The notes below the pieces were generated by a model. It had not been told where the DNA came from. It saw nothing but the letters and a program-made list of their open reading frames with translations, and made no database searches. From assembly GCA_963755715.1 (NCBI GenBank), contig CAVWLW010000065.1, positions 5,766 to 69,765 of the forward strand: a DNA stretch of 64,000 nucleotides, given 5' to 3'. Source of the stretch: an uncultured delta proteobacterium. GTDB taxonomy: Bacteria > Desulfobacterota > Binatia > UBA9968. Position 1 is the first letter of the stretch. Each line of letters starts with the position of its first letter. The translations under genes and the position numbers were made by a program. This document shows, one piece after another, positions 19,788 through 30,415 of the stretch.

Positions 19788-20864
19788 ATGCAAGATCTGA
19801 GTACAAAATCCGCCTATGAGCTGAAGACCCCCTATGCTTTTTGGCAAGACGGAGAAGGAATTCCGGCCTACGGCGGCTACTGGATCGAAGACGTTCGAAC
19901 CGTCGAGTTGGCAGATTGGCAAAGGACGGGCGGGCGCGGCGCGTTCGTCAATCTCAACGGCGCGGGCATGAACTGCGACGCACATATAAATGAAATACCG
20001 GCAAAACAGCAGCTAAAGGCGGAGCGGCATCTCTATGAGGAAATCATTTTTATTTTGAGCGGCCAAGGTGCGACCGTGATTTGGAACGATGGCGGACCAA
20101 AACACACCCTCGAGTGGCAGGAGGGAAGTCTTTTTTCACCGCCCCTGAATGCTTGGCATCAACATTTTAACGCCGATGCTGCCAAACCGGCGCGCTTCAT
20201 CTCGCTGACCAGCGCGCCGCAGGCGATCAATCAATTCCGCAATCTCGATTTTATTTTTAACAACTCGTTCATATTCGCGGATCGATATCGTGGCGAAGCC
20301 GGCGAATTGACGAAGGCGGGTCAATACATTCAAAAAGGCGTCAAGCCGGGGCGCGTGTGGGAGACTAACTTTGTCGCCAACCTATTGGAGTTCCAGCCCA
20401 AGGAGCACTCGGCGCGAGGCGCGGGGACTCGGAATAGTCTCTTCGAGTTTGCCGGCAACACCATGAGCGCGCATCTGTCGGCGTTCCCTGCGGGGAAGTA
20501 TAAAAAGGCGCACCGTCACGGGCCGGGCGCGCACATCGTCATTTTATCCGGCAACGGTTATTCGCTGATGTGGCCGCACGATACCGAACCCCAACGGATC
20601 GACTGGCGTCCGGGAAGTTTGGTCGTGCCGCCACTCGATTGGTATCATCAACATTTTTGTCCGGGACCCGAAGCGGCACGGTTTATCGCCCTAAAGCCAT
20701 GGGGATTTAAGTATTTGGTCGACGACCTTGCCAAGTCGGACAAGGACGAAAACGAAGGCGGCACGCAGATCGAATACCAAAATCAAGATCCAAAAATTCA
20801 CCGGATCTTTGTCGACGAGTGCACCCAGCGGGGCGTGCTTGCGCAGATGCCGATGTTCGCTTAA
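19788..20864 (+). CDS. Bicupin protein (gentisate-dioxygenase-like fold, function unknown)
   Basis: 358 aa with two cupin cores: HLYEEIIFILSGQGATVIWNDGG and AHRHGPGAHIVILSGNGYSLMW. Confidence 0.55.
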   Translation: MQDLSTKSAYELKTPYAFWQDGEGIPAYGGYWIEDVRTVELADWQRTGGRGAFVNLNGAGMNCDAHINEIPAKQQLKAERHLYEEIIFILSGQGATVIWNDGGPKHTLEWQEGSLFSPPLNAWHQHFNADAAKPARFISLTSAPQAINQFRNLDFIFNNSFIFADRYRGEAGELTKAGQYIQKGVKPGRVWETNFVANLLEFQPKEHSARGAGTRNSLFEFAGNTMSAHLSAFPAGKYKKAHRHGPGAHIVILSGNGYSLMWPHDTEPQRIDWRPGSLVVPPLDWYHQHFCPGPEAARFIALKPWGFKYLVDDLAKSDKDENEGGTQIEYQNQDPKIHRIFVDECTQRGVLAQMPMFA

Positions 20865-20934
20865 TCAGGCAAATATCGACGCGCCGAGCTGCGGGCGCAG
20901 AACCGAACTTCATTTCTGATGGAGAAAAAAGAAC

Positions 20935-21639
20935 ATGGCTTCTATGAACTCACTGAGGGACGAACTTAACCGAATGGCGAATCTGCAGTTTGAGACGCCG
21001 GAATTCGAGCGCCTGCTGTCCGTTCGCTTGACGCTGCCGCGGGCGCGTTTTTACATCAAGCACAATGCTTACTACAACAAGAACCGCCGCGACTGTTGGG
21101 GATTCGTGCTCGGCGCCGCTCCTTTGGACGTCAAGAAACTCGTGTGGAAACACGAGGAGGACGAGCTTATCACCGACAAGCGGGAAGGCGAGGATCACTA
21201 TTCGTTGGTCGTGAGGCAGGCGCAGATGGTCGGTGTGACGCGCGAGGAAATCGAACAATCGGAACCCATACCCGGGGCGCGCGCCGCCCAATACGCCTGG
21301 CTTCATATCGCGCGCAACCGGCCGTGGTTGGAGGCGTTCACCAGCTCAACGATGCTCGAGCGACGCAACAATGGCGAAATCATCAAAGGCGGCGGTCTGT
21401 CGGCGCGCATCGCCAAGCGTTGGGTGGAAGACTTGGGCGTTGCCATTGAAAAGGCGCCGTCGCTCAAGGTTCACGCGGTTGCCGATGTGGAGCACGCCGA
21501 TATGATGTGGGAAGTTTTTGAAAATCATGCAGCGAGCGATGAAGCGCAGCGCGCGGTTCTTAGCGCTGCGCACGACTGCATGGAGATCGATCGCGCCTAT
21601 CGCGGCGCTCTTGCCGACGCCATGCTCAGGATCGATTGA
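20935..21639 (+). CDS. Heme-oxygenase-like / iron-containing redox enzyme family protein (TenA/PqqC-like fold)
   Basis: 234 aa, all-helical. FYIKHNAYYNKNRRDCWGFVLGAAP...VWKHEEDEL resembles the Haem_oxygenase_2 family. Confidence 0.45.
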   Translation: MASMNSLRDELNRMANLQFETPEFERLLSVRLTLPRARFYIKHNAYYNKNRRDCWGFVLGAAPLDVKKLVWKHEEDELITDKREGEDHYSLVVRQAQMVGVTREEIEQSEPIPGARAAQYAWLHIARNRPWLEAFTSSTMLERRNNGEIIKGGGLSARIAKRWVEDLGVAIEKAPSLKVHAVADVEHADMMWEVFENHAASDEAQRAVLSAAHDCMEIDRAYRGALADAMLRID

Positions 21640-21680
21640 GCCGCTGCGCAATTGCGGAGTTTGGGGTCTCTCGGTAGTTA

Positions 21681-21810
21681 CCCCTCGCCTTCAGACGAAG
21701 AGAAGTTTCGTCGTGCCGGCGCAGGCCGGCATCCAGGTTCGTTTCAGTGGCAGTTCAAAGGTCCCTGGATTCCGGCATCCGCCGGAATGACGGAAGGGAG
21801 AACTGTCGAC
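21681..21810 (+). repeat. Composite palindromic intergenic repeat, copy A
   Basis: Hairpins tgccggc-gcag-gccggca and attccggc-atcc-gccggaat, terminal gtcgac. Aligns with copies at 46812-46925 and 62902-63045. Confidence 0.8.
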
Positions 21811-21858
21811 CCAAGTCAACGCCTATAACCTCGACTTTTAGCCGAAGGGCCATTTAAG

Positions 21859-22563
21859 TCAGGGGACCTTTCTCGGCCGCTCTTGTTTGATCTTCTCTTT
21901 AACTTCTTGAAGCTTCATCACGTCGGTGTATTTGTGGTGCATGTCGAAGAGATTGACCTTGTGCGACAGCGGACTGCGATCGAAGACGCATTCTTCAACG
22001 ATCGACACGTGATAGCCGAGCGAGTATCCATCGACGCAGCTGGCACGTACGCAGCCGCTGGTGCTTTCGCCGCAGACGATCAAACTGTCGACGCCGAGTT
22101 GCGTCAGATGAGCGACGAGCGGCGTGCCGAAAAAGCCGCTGGCGCGTTCTTTGAAAATGACCACATCGCCCGATTCGGGTTTGAACTCTTCCTTGATCTC
22201 GAATGCTTGCGGATCGATCTTGACCCGTTGGCGATTGGTCGCATGAACGGCGCCGGGTTTCGCTTCTTTGCGGGTTTCGGTGGTCGTATAAAAGACCGGG
22301 ATTTTCAGTGATCGCGCCAACGCAAACAGCTCTTGCGTCGGTTTGATCGCGTTGTGCGCATAAACACCACACGAGCTTTTGTAGGTATCGACGAGCTCAT
22401 GCGGCTCTTTGGCGCCGCCTTCATACGCGAGATTATAAAGATCGATGGCCAAGAGCGCCGGTCTTTGACCGATATAGGTTTCACGATGGTACGGAGTATA
22501 GGTTTTTAATATCTCCGGCGTGACAACGTCTTTCCAACAGTGATCTTCGAATTCGGCTGTCAT
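21859..22563 (-). CDS. Isochorismatase-family cysteine hydrolase
   Basis: 234 aa. PALLAIDLYN, IPVFYTT, and DSLIVCGESTSGCVRASCVDG with the catalytic Cys context. Confidence 0.8.
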   Translation of the reverse strand: MTAEFEDHCWKDVVTPEILKTYTPYHRETYIGQRPALLAIDLYNLAYEGGAKEPHELVDTYKSSCGVYAHNAIKPTQELFALARSLKIPVFYTTTETRKEAKPGAVHATNRQRVKIDPQAFEIKEEFKPESGDVVIFKERASGFFGTPLVAHLTQLGVDSLIVCGESTSGCVRASCVDGYSLGYHVSIVEECVFDRSPLSHKVNLFDMHHKYTDVMKLQEVKEKIKQERPRKVP

Positions 22564-22747
22564 GATTTTTCTCCTTGTCGATGGATTCCGCGATTGACGG
22601 ATCGCGCGAGTATCTTTTCCTCTACCTGGTGCCGAGCGGTGTTGTCAAGGAATAGAAAAGACAAAGCATGCGAATGGATTGACACGCCAGCGCTCGTCGG
22701 TTAAATGGTTGCGGGCGGAAATTTCGGGATGCGCAAAGGGGATCGAT

Positions 22748-24479
22748 ATGTCAAAGCATAAAAACAAAGCCAACTCCGGCTTGCGGAACTCGACGCTCAA
22801 CCGGCGACAGTTCATCAAGCTAGCCGGCGTGTCGGCCGTCTCGGTCGGTGCGATGTCTTGGCCCCGGGCGCCGATCTTTGCCGCTCAACCGTCGCGCAAG
22901 CGAATCGTCATTCACGGCGAACGCCAGGTGACCAGTCTTGGATACCACAACCGGCGTGAAACCGAACATGTCTCGATGGTCGATGCCGGGCTCGTCGGAC
23001 AAAACCCTGTGACGCTAGAGCGCGTGCCGATGCTCGCCGAAGAGTTGCCGTCGGTGAAAAAGGGCACCTGGAAAATCGACATGCAGAAAAAGACCATGGT
23101 CACGGTCTATAAACTCCGGCCCAATCTCAAGTGGCATGACGGCAAGCCGTATACTTCGAAAGATTTCGAATTCGGCTGGCAGATCTCCAAACATCCCGGA
23201 ATTTCCCATGCCCGATCGGCTCGTGCCGGAGTTGATTTCTAAGATCGAAACGCCGGATGACCGCACGATCGTGATCCATTGGAACGATCTCTATAACGAG
23301 GCTTACGCAATCCAATATACCCACGTGCGCGCGTTTCCGCGTCATCTTTTGCTCGACGCGTTCAGCGGCGGCGACATGAAAGCATTCGCCAATCTGCCCT
23401 TCTGGAACAAAAACTTCATCGGCGCGGGCCCCTATCGCGTCGCCGAGTGGGACGCCGGCACACGCATGGAGCTCGAAGCATTCAAAGATTTTCCCCTTGG
23501 CCAGCCGAAGATCGAGCGCATGACCTACAAAACGGTGGAAGACAGCAATACCAACCTCGCCGCCGTGCTCGCCGGCGAAGTGGATTTTTGCATGCGCAGC
23601 ACGATTTCGTTCGACGGCGCGATGATTTTGCGTGACCAATGGGAGAAGGCGGGGAAGGGAAAGATTTTGATTAGCCCAGCGTCCTGGACATGGCTGAGTC
23701 TCAGCCGCGACAATCCATTTTTCAGCGACGTCCGGGTACGGCGCGCACTGCTGCATGCGATCGATCGCGATGCGATGGTGCAAAATATTTTCAAGGGAGA
23801 AAAAGTGGTGTCCGATTTGCCGCTTTCCCGAGTGCGCAAGAGTTATAAAAAGGCGTTGGCCGCCTCGACCGTCTACAAATTCGACGCCGAGCGGGCAAAA
23901 AAGCTGATGGCGGAGGCGGGCTGGAAACCGGGAGCCGACGGGGTTCTCACCAATGCGAAAGGCGAGCGCATGGAATTCGAGTTTCGCGTCACCGCGGAGC
24001 GGCGCGATCACGAACAGGCGCAAGCGATCATCGCCGACTACTGGAAGAAGGTCGGTGTTCGGACCAACATCAAGAATATGCCGAACCGGCTGCTCAACAG
24101 CGCCGATAACCGCAACCGCTGGCCCGGCGCCTACATCGGTTCGCATAACGTCACGGTTGAAGAGTGGCAGGAGCGTTTTCACAGCAAAAACATCCCGACG
24201 GCCGAAAATAAATATGCTCCCGAGAACGTGTCGGGCTGGAATGATCCAAAAAAAGACGCGATCTTGGACGAGCTCAGCTCGATCATTTCGCCCGCGCGCT
24301 CGGAGCAGTTGCAGATCGAATTTTGCAAGATGTTCAGCACGGCGCTGCCGCATCTGCCGCTAAGCTATTCACCCGAGGTGCTAGTCGTCAAAAAAGGTCT
24401 GACCGGCATCACGCCGCGGCAAGAGAGTGGTGGGCAGAACTCGAGCAGCTGGAACACGTATCAGTGGGACAAAGTTTAA
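22748..24479 (+). pseudogene. ABC peptide/nickel-type (family 5) substrate-binding protein, frame-disrupted
   Basis: ATG 22748 with Tat-like signal NRRQFIKLAGVSAVSVGA. ORF 22679-23242 and ORF 23136-24479 join as ...KDFEFGWQIS.NIPEFPMPDRLVPELISKIETPDD when one base is skipped near 23180-23200. Confidence 0.8.
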
Positions 24480-24489
24480 GAGAACAAAC

Positions 24490-24543
24490 GTTCCAGAAGT
24501 TCCAATCGTTCCAGCCGTTCAAAACGTCGAAAACGTCGGGCGC
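24490..24543. repeat. Degenerate 9-bp tandem repeat (6 units)
   Basis: gttccagaa gttccaatc gttccagcc gttcaaaac gtcgaaaac gtcgggcgc, in the spacer between the SBP and permease genes. Confidence 0.6.
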
Positions 24544-24592
24544 GATTGATCACGCGTTAAATCTAGAGGCGTCTGCTAAAAAATAGAAAATC

Positions 24593-25564
24593 ATGCTTTT
24601 GTACGTGATTCGGCGACTCCTGCAGATCGTGCCACTGTTGCTGGTTATCTCGGCCCTGATTTTCGCTCTGCTCTATGCGATGCCGGGTGATCCGCTTTAT
24701 CGCATGCTGCAGGACATTCCGCATCTGCGGCCGGAGGATTATGAGCGTTTACGCAAGCTCTACGGTTTCGACGATCCTTTCTATGTGCAGTATTGGAAGT
24801 GGCTCTGGCAGTTGCTGCAATTGAACCCCGGCTATTCGCGCGAGTACGGCCAGCCGGTTTTCGAAATTATCTGGCCGGCGCTCAAAAACACTCTGGTGTT
24901 GACGGTGTTGGCGGTAGTGATCGGCAAAACCATCGCCATTCTCCTGGGCATTTTTTCCGCCGTGCGCCAGTATTCGCTCGGCGACTATTTTTTAACCGGC
25001 GCCACTTTCATTGCCTACTCGGTTCCTGCTTTTTGGCTCGGTCTCATGTTGATCATCGTCTTCTCGGTCAAGCTCGGTTGGTTGCCGACCTCGGGTATTG
25101 TCAATGCTGATTTCACGCCGGGAAGTTGGGAGGCGACCGTCGACTGGTTAAAGCATTTGATCTTGCCCGTCGCCGTGTTGGCGATTTCTGAAATTATTCA
25201 AGTGCAGCGCTTCATGCGCTCGAGCATGCTCGAAGTGCTGCGCCAGGATTATTTAACGACCGCGCGCGCTAAGGGATTGAGCGAAATCATCGTCGTCGGA
25301 CGACATGCTTTAAAAAATGCGCTGATCCCAGTGGTCACTATTATCGCGGTCACGATGCCGCGCGTGGTCGGTGGCTCCACCGTCGTCGAAACTGTCTTTG
25401 CCTATCCCGGCATGGGACGGCTGCTTTACACTTCGATCATGGGTAACGATTACGTCGTCGCGATGACTGTGGTCATGATCATCGCCGTGACCGTGGTGTT
25501 TTTTAATCTGCTCGCGGACATTATTTATGGCTGGCTCGATCCAAGAATTCGCTATCAGAGCTGA
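24593..25564 (+). CDS. ABC transporter permease (DppB/OppB-like)
   Basis: 323 aa. N-terminal MLLYVIRRLLQIVPLLLVISALIF, EAA-type loop DYLTTARAKGLSEIIVVGRHALKNALIPV. Confidence 0.9.
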   Translation: MLLYVIRRLLQIVPLLLVISALIFALLYAMPGDPLYRMLQDIPHLRPEDYERLRKLYGFDDPFYVQYWKWLWQLLQLNPGYSREYGQPVFEIIWPALKNTLVLTVLAVVIGKTIAILLGIFSAVRQYSLGDYFLTGATFIAYSVPAFWLGLMLIIVFSVKLGWLPTSGIVNADFTPGSWEATVDWLKHLILPVAVLAISEIIQVQRFMRSSMLEVLRQDYLTTARAKGLSEIIVVGRHALKNALIPVVTIIAVTMPRVVGGSTVVETVFAYPGMGRLLYTSIMGNDYVVAMTVVMIIAVTVVFFNLLADIIYGWLDPRIRYQS

Positions 25565-26440
25565 AGCGGCGCCAGCGCCGACGTTGACCTCTGGCTATTG
25601 GCGCGTCGTTTGGCAGCGCTTTAAGCGCCACCGGATCGCTTACGTCGGCTTTTTTTTCTTTGTTTTTTTGCTCTTTCTGGTTATTGCGGGACCGTACATG
25701 GCGCCTTACGAGCTCGATCAGATTTCCTTGTCCGAGCGCATGCAGATGCCGTCGCTCAAGCACTGGCTCGGCACGGATGAGTTGGGACGAGATACCTGGG
25801 TGCGCATCATGCACGGCGGGCGGGTTTCCCTCGCCGTCGGGCTCACGGTCGGCCTCAGCACGGTGATTCTTGGCGGTTTGATCGGCATCCTCGCCGGTTA
25901 TGTCGGCGGCGTTTTGGACAACCTGCTCATGCGCCTGGTCGACACGATTTACACGATTCCGCGCATCGTGCTGTTGTTGGTTCTGTCGAAATTGGCCGGA
26001 CCCGGGTTGCTCAATATCATCCTCATTCTCGTCGCGCTGGAATGGACCAACGCGGCGCGCCTGGCGCGCAGCGCGGTGTTATCATTTCGCGAGCAGGAAT
26101 TCGTCCTCGCGGCGCAATGCTTGGGCGCTTCGCGCTGGCGCGATCATGCTGCGTCATCTGCTGCCGAATTCGCTTGCGCCGCTGATCGTCGCCGCGACTT
26201 TAGACGCCGGCGCGGCGATCCGCGCTGAAACGACGTTGAGTTTTCTCGGCCTGGGCATTCAGCCGCCGACGCCGAGCTGGGGCAACTTGCTCACCAACGC
26301 CGCGACCAATATCTTTCATCGCGCCGTTGCAAGTTTTTCTGCCTGGACTTTTTATTTTCTTTGCTTTGATGAGCTTCAATTTGCTCGGCGACGCGCTGCG
26401 CGATGCGTTGGACCCGCGCCTGGCCGAACGCGGCAAGTGA
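25527..26440 (+). pseudogene. ABC transporter permease (DppC/OppC-like) with two frame disruptions
   Basis: Frame 0 reads to ...[10 protein letters not shown]. The next frame gives [51 protein letters not shown] third gives [32 protein letters not shown] with stop at 26438-26440. Shifts near 26136-26142 and 26318-26328. Confidence 0.8.
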
Positions 26441-26463
26441 ACTCTCGTCGTGGCGCGTGGCAA

Positions 26464-27507
26464 TTATTGCTTCGCCGCGCCCAGGCTCTGCAAAAAACCC
26501 GACGTCTTGAGATAATCCGCGAAAGAGTTGTCGAAAAATTCTCCGGCGCGCGCGTCTTTGGCGCGCGGGAACTCTTTTTCATCCAGGTACATCAATTGGC
26601 CTTGTATCGGCTCGCTGTGCACCGCAAGGTTGGCGTCCCAGTAGGGCGCGAATTGCTCATAGGTGCCGTCGATGATGTTAGCGTCGTTGGTGTCGGTGAA
26701 TTTGCCGATCGCCTTTTTCGCTACCGCGGGATTTTGCCGCGCCAGCATCGTCGCTTCGGCGGTGGCTTTCATAAAGGCGTAAAGCAAATTCGGGTTCGAC
26801 TTGATGCTCTTTTCCGTGGTGCCGTAAGCGAGATGGAGGCCAGGTACGTTGATCTGCGCGATGTCGATCAATAGACTGAGTCCGGCGTCGCGCGCCTTCA
26901 AAGTATTCGGCGCTGAGAGAGTTCCGGCTGAAGTCTTGCCATTGATTATCGCGGTCAGAATGGCAGGGATACTTTGGACGTAGATAAAACTTACGTCTTT
27001 CTCCGAGATCACGCCGGTTTTCTTGATCGCTTCGCGCGCGGCGATCTCGGTCGACGTGCGCGGCGTCGTCACGGCGATGATTTTGCCTTTCAGGTCCGCG
27101 AGAGCGCCGACGCCCTTTGCGCCCCATAATTGAAAGATGAAGCGTTGCAGCGAGCCGCCGATGTACTTCACCGGAACGTTTTGCAGGCGCGCGTTGACGA
27201 GATCCGGGCCCGAAGAGATCACATCGACCTCGCCGGCGACCAGCGCTTGCAGCGCAACTTGCGAGTTGAGGAGTTTTAAACTCGCGTCCAGGCCGTGTTT
27301 TTTGAAAAGCCCGGCTTCCTGCGCCACCCACAGAGGGGTGAACGCGCCGCTCGCCTGTGTGTAAGAGACCGTGAAGTTGCTTTTTTCGGGCTTGCCGCCG
27401 AGCTGCGCACCGGCACGGGATGAAAGTGAAAAGACGGCGAACACAAGCGCCAATGAAAACCAAAGTTGCCGGTATCGGCGCTCTTTGTTTCGTCCCATCG
27501 TGACCAT
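26464..27507 (-). CDS. ABC transporter substrate-binding protein, NMT1/NitT-TauT-like
   Basis: 347 aa, signal peptide [23 protein letters not shown]1-like fold pattern ([19 protein letters not shown]). Confidence 0.75.
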   Translation of the reverse strand: MVTMGRNKERRYRQLWFSLALVFAVFSLSSRAGAQLGGKPEKSNFTVSYTQASGAFTPLWVAQEAGLFKKHGLDASLKLLNSQVALQALVAGEVDVISSGPDLVNARLQNVPVKYIGGSLQRFIFQLWGAKGVGALADLKGKIIAVTTPRTSTEIAAREAIKKTGVISEKDVSFIYVQSIPAILTAIINGKTSAGTLSAPNTLKARDAGLSLLIDIAQINVPGLHLAYGTTEKSIKSNPNLLYAFMKATAEATMLARQNPAVAKKAIGKFTDTNDANIIDGTYEQFAPYWDANLAVHSEPIQGQLMYLDEKEFPRAKDARAGEFFDNSFADYLKTSGFLQSLGAAKQ

Positions 27508-27723
27508 GGCTCACCTCCTGGTTGGCGTCTCGATATCAGAAGAGCAAAGCTGGCGTCAAATGGCTCGTGCCTGGTGGATTTACCATTGAGAGGTGATTTT
27601 GATGATGGGCAGGAGCAGAGTGCCCAGCGCGCGAGAGTCAGTGGTTGACAGTCAACCGGTTCTCTCTGTAGATTTTCTTGAGAATTCGCGATCTGAGCGC
27701 AAACGCGACGGAGGAAGCACAAA

Positions 27724-29040
27724 ATGGCAGAAACCAAAGCAGAGAACGCAGGGCAGAGCGCCTATCAAAAATTGCTCGATGATTTGCCGCGCACCGGGCC
27801 GGGGACTCGCGGCGGTGAGATGCTCAGGCGCTATTGGCATCCGGTGTGTTTGTCCTCGAGCCTCAGCGACATTCCCATTGCAGTTCGGATGCTTTGCGAA
27901 GATTTGGTTGTGTTTCGCGATGGCCAAGGACGGCCCGGTTTGTTGGGCATCCGCTGTCCGCATCGTTTGGCGTCGTTGGAGTATGGCCAGGTGCAAGAAG
28001 ACGGGCTGATGTGTTCCTATCATGGCTGGAGATACGACGTGAAAGGGCGGTGCATCGACCAGCCGTTGGAGCCGCGCGACAGCACTCTCAAAAACAACAT
28101 CCGCCATCTCTGGTATCCGATCGAAGAGTGGGGCGGTGTGATCTGGACCTACATGGGACCGGAAAAAGAAAATCCGCCGCCGCTGTCGAAGATCGACGTG
28201 CTGGCGCGCACCGATGGCGAACTGAAGCTTGTCGACGGCGACGTGCGCAATTACAACTATCTCAACTGGATGGAAAACTTCGCCGACATGGGGCACGCGA
28301 CGGTGCTGCACGGACTAGTCGTGCGCGATCTACCGGAAGCGCTCAAACCGTACAACGACTGCAGTATTAAAAACTGGACGCCGCTGCCGCTGGAGCACGT
28401 CGAGACCGACTACGGCATGAAGACGGTATCCGTGCTCGACACCGGCGACCCGGAAATTAAGTTCGTTAATACTTGGGCGCTGGCGATGCCGATTCACTGG
28501 AGATTCTCAGGTCTCCGATCCGGTTTTCCCCCCGATTTTACGGACGAACGCCAAGAAGGCGGCGGTATGATTCGCATCATCGATGACACGCACTTCGAGC
28601 TGATTCGTTACAGCCTCACGCGCAAGGGAAATTTCACGGGCGGCTGGCTGTTCGGCTTGCCAAGCGACCTGAAAGGCACGGCCGAGCAAAAGGCGCACGA
28701 CAAGCGAAAATATAAAGGTTGGGAGGGAATACCTGCGTTAGAAGATCTCGTGTTGCAGGAATCGCAAGGCGAGATTCCCGATCGTCGACTCGAGCATCTG
28801 GCCAGCTCGGATCGCGGCGTCATCATGTTGCGCAGAATCTGGCACAAGGCGATGGCAGATGTCGCCGCCGGTAAAGACCCGAAAGGCGTAAGTCGCGGGG
28901 TCAATGGCATGCTCGAAGTGGATACCTTTCACGGCCACGTCAAGGCGAGCGAGCTAAAGATCGGTCCCGAGAACATGCCGTCTTCGACGGACGGCAGAGG
29001 ACTGATTCGCGATAAGAACGGCGATCTGGTTTTTGCGTGA
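27724..29040 (+). CDS. Rieske [2Fe-2S] non-heme iron oxygenase, alpha-subunit-like
   Basis: 438 aa. Rieske motif CPHRLASLEYG...CSYHGWRYD. C-terminal catalytic domain with NWMENFADMGHATVLH. Confidence 0.85.
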   Translation: MAETKAENAGQSAYQKLLDDLPRTGPGTRGGEMLRRYWHPVCLSSSLSDIPIAVRMLCEDLVVFRDGQGRPGLLGIRCPHRLASLEYGQVQEDGLMCSYHGWRYDVKGRCIDQPLEPRDSTLKNNIRHLWYPIEEWGGVIWTYMGPEKENPPPLSKIDVLARTDGELKLVDGDVRNYNYLNWMENFADMGHATVLHGLVVRDLPEALKPYNDCSIKNWTPLPLEHVETDYGMKTVSVLDTGDPEIKFVNTWALAMPIHWRFSGLRSGFPPDFTDERQEGGGMIRIIDDTHFELIRYSLTRKGNFTGGWLFGLPSDLKGTAEQKAHDKRKYKGWEGIPALEDLVLQESQGEIPDRRLEHLASSDRGVIMLRRIWHKAMADVAAGKDPKGVSRGVNGMLEVDTFHGHVKASELKIGPENMPSSTDGRGLIRDKNGDLVFA

Positions 29041-29085
29041 GAAAATAATCAAGCCGCACGGATCAAGATCGGCCGCGACTGCGGT

Positions 29086-30243
29086 TCACTTCTTGTAACT
29101 GATTCGATAGATAGCGCCGGCTTCATCATCGGAGACGAGCAAGGCGCCGTCGGGCATAACGACCACATCGACGGGCCTGCCCCAAGCTCGGCTTCCTTGC
29201 AGCCATCCTTCGGCGAAAGTCTTGTACGATACGGCTCGGTTACCTTGTAGCTGCACAAGGGTGACGCGATAGCCGATCGGCGTGCTGCGATTCCATGAGC
29301 CATGCTCGGCGATGAAGATCTGGTTTTTATATTCCGACGGAAACATCGAACCGGTGTAAAATCGCATGCCCAGCGCGGCGACGTGCGGACCGAGCTTTTG
29401 CGCCGGCGCGGTAAATTCGCTGCAGGGACGCTTCTTGCCGAACTCAGGATCGGGGATATCGCCGCCATGACAGTAGGGGTAGCCGAAATGCAGCCCCGGC
29501 TTCGGCGCATGATTCAATTCATCCGGCGGAACGTCGTCTCCCTGCCGATCCCGTCCGTTGTCGGTGAACCAAAGCTCCTTGGTCTGTGGATGCCAATCAA
29601 AACCGACCGTATTGCGAATGCCGCGGGCAAACACTTCGACACCGCTGCCGTCGGCTTTCATGCGTTTGATTAGCGCATAGCGATCCGCATCGGGCTCGCA
29701 AATATTGCACGGCGCGCCGACCGGTATATAAAGCCGCTCGTCCGGACCAAAAGCGATAAATTTCCAGCCGTGTTGCCGATCGGCTAGGAAAACTATTGTT
29801 GACCGACGACAGGTTTGGGGACATCGTTCAGCCGAGATTCGATGCCATCGTAGCGCAGCACTCGACTGATTTCCGCGACGTAAAGCGCGCCATCTCTGAA
29901 TGCCACACCGTTGGGCGTATTGAGTCCCTGGGCGAGCACCATCGGTTTTTTGTTCTGCTCGCCGCCGCGCGTTTGAATCGCATATACCTTGCCTGCTTTT
30001 TGAGTGCCGATGAATAGCGTGCCGCTCGGACTAAGAGCTCATGGATCGAGCACCAGGTACTTCGGCATACAGGCTGATCTCGAAGCCGGGCGGCAATTGA
30101 ATTTTGTCCAAAGGAAGTTTTTCGGCGCCAATCGAATCAGCCTTCATCCACAACAGAATCGAAACGAACCAAGACGGCGACGCCAAAATGCGGACAACGT
30201 AAACTTGTTTGTTTTCATTCATTTCTCTCCGGCCGAGGATCAT
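29086..30243 (-). pseudogene. PQQ-dependent (sorbosone/aldose) sugar dehydrogenase, multiply frame-disrupted
   Basis: Three frames hold the pieces. N-terminal ORF 30031-30243: LPPGFEISLYAEVPGARSM. Middle: ALSPSGTLFIGTQKAGKVYAI...NGVAFRDGALYVAEISRVLRYDGIESRLNDVPKPVV. C-terminal ORF 29086-29661, extendable to DRQHGWKFIAFGPDERLYIPVGAPCNIC. Shifts near 30036-30040 and 29776-29806. Confidence 0.75.
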
Positions 30244-30415
30244 TAAAAATTCAAACCGCTGGAGCGAACCGCAACCCGCATGCCAAGAAGCTGATTGCCG
30301 TACGTATATCGCAACTGATGGAAAATTCTGGCTATCGATTTGTACTGACTAAAAGCACGTCCCAAATTCGCGACAGACTAGCGCGCAAAAATCTCTGCAT
30401 ATTGAAATTCTCTGT

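Noticed and set aside
23127-24353. 408-aa minus-strand ORF
   Set aside because: It lies entirely antisense to the well-supported family-5 SBP gene, has Arg/Ala/His/Val-rich composition and no recognisable family. This is a typical GC-rich antisense ORF.
25900-26874. 324-aa plus-strand ORF
   Set aside because: It is a chimera. Only about 26140-26320 is the true middle frame of the DppC-like permease. The rest is out-of-frame sequence and antisense to the NMT1-like SBP gene.
27652-28311. 219-aa minus-strand ORF
   Set aside because: It is antisense to the Rieske oxygenase gene, which has intact CxH...CxxH and catalytic motifs.
29776-29806. Alternative reading of the PQQ dehydrogenase break as one -1 event instead of two +1 events
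   Set aside because: The two +1 model gives PVVVNNSFPSDRQHGWKF, with the spacing I recall for this family (PVVV-4 aa-PSDRHHGWKF). The single -1 model adds two residues and loses the PS. I cannot exclude it without an alignment.
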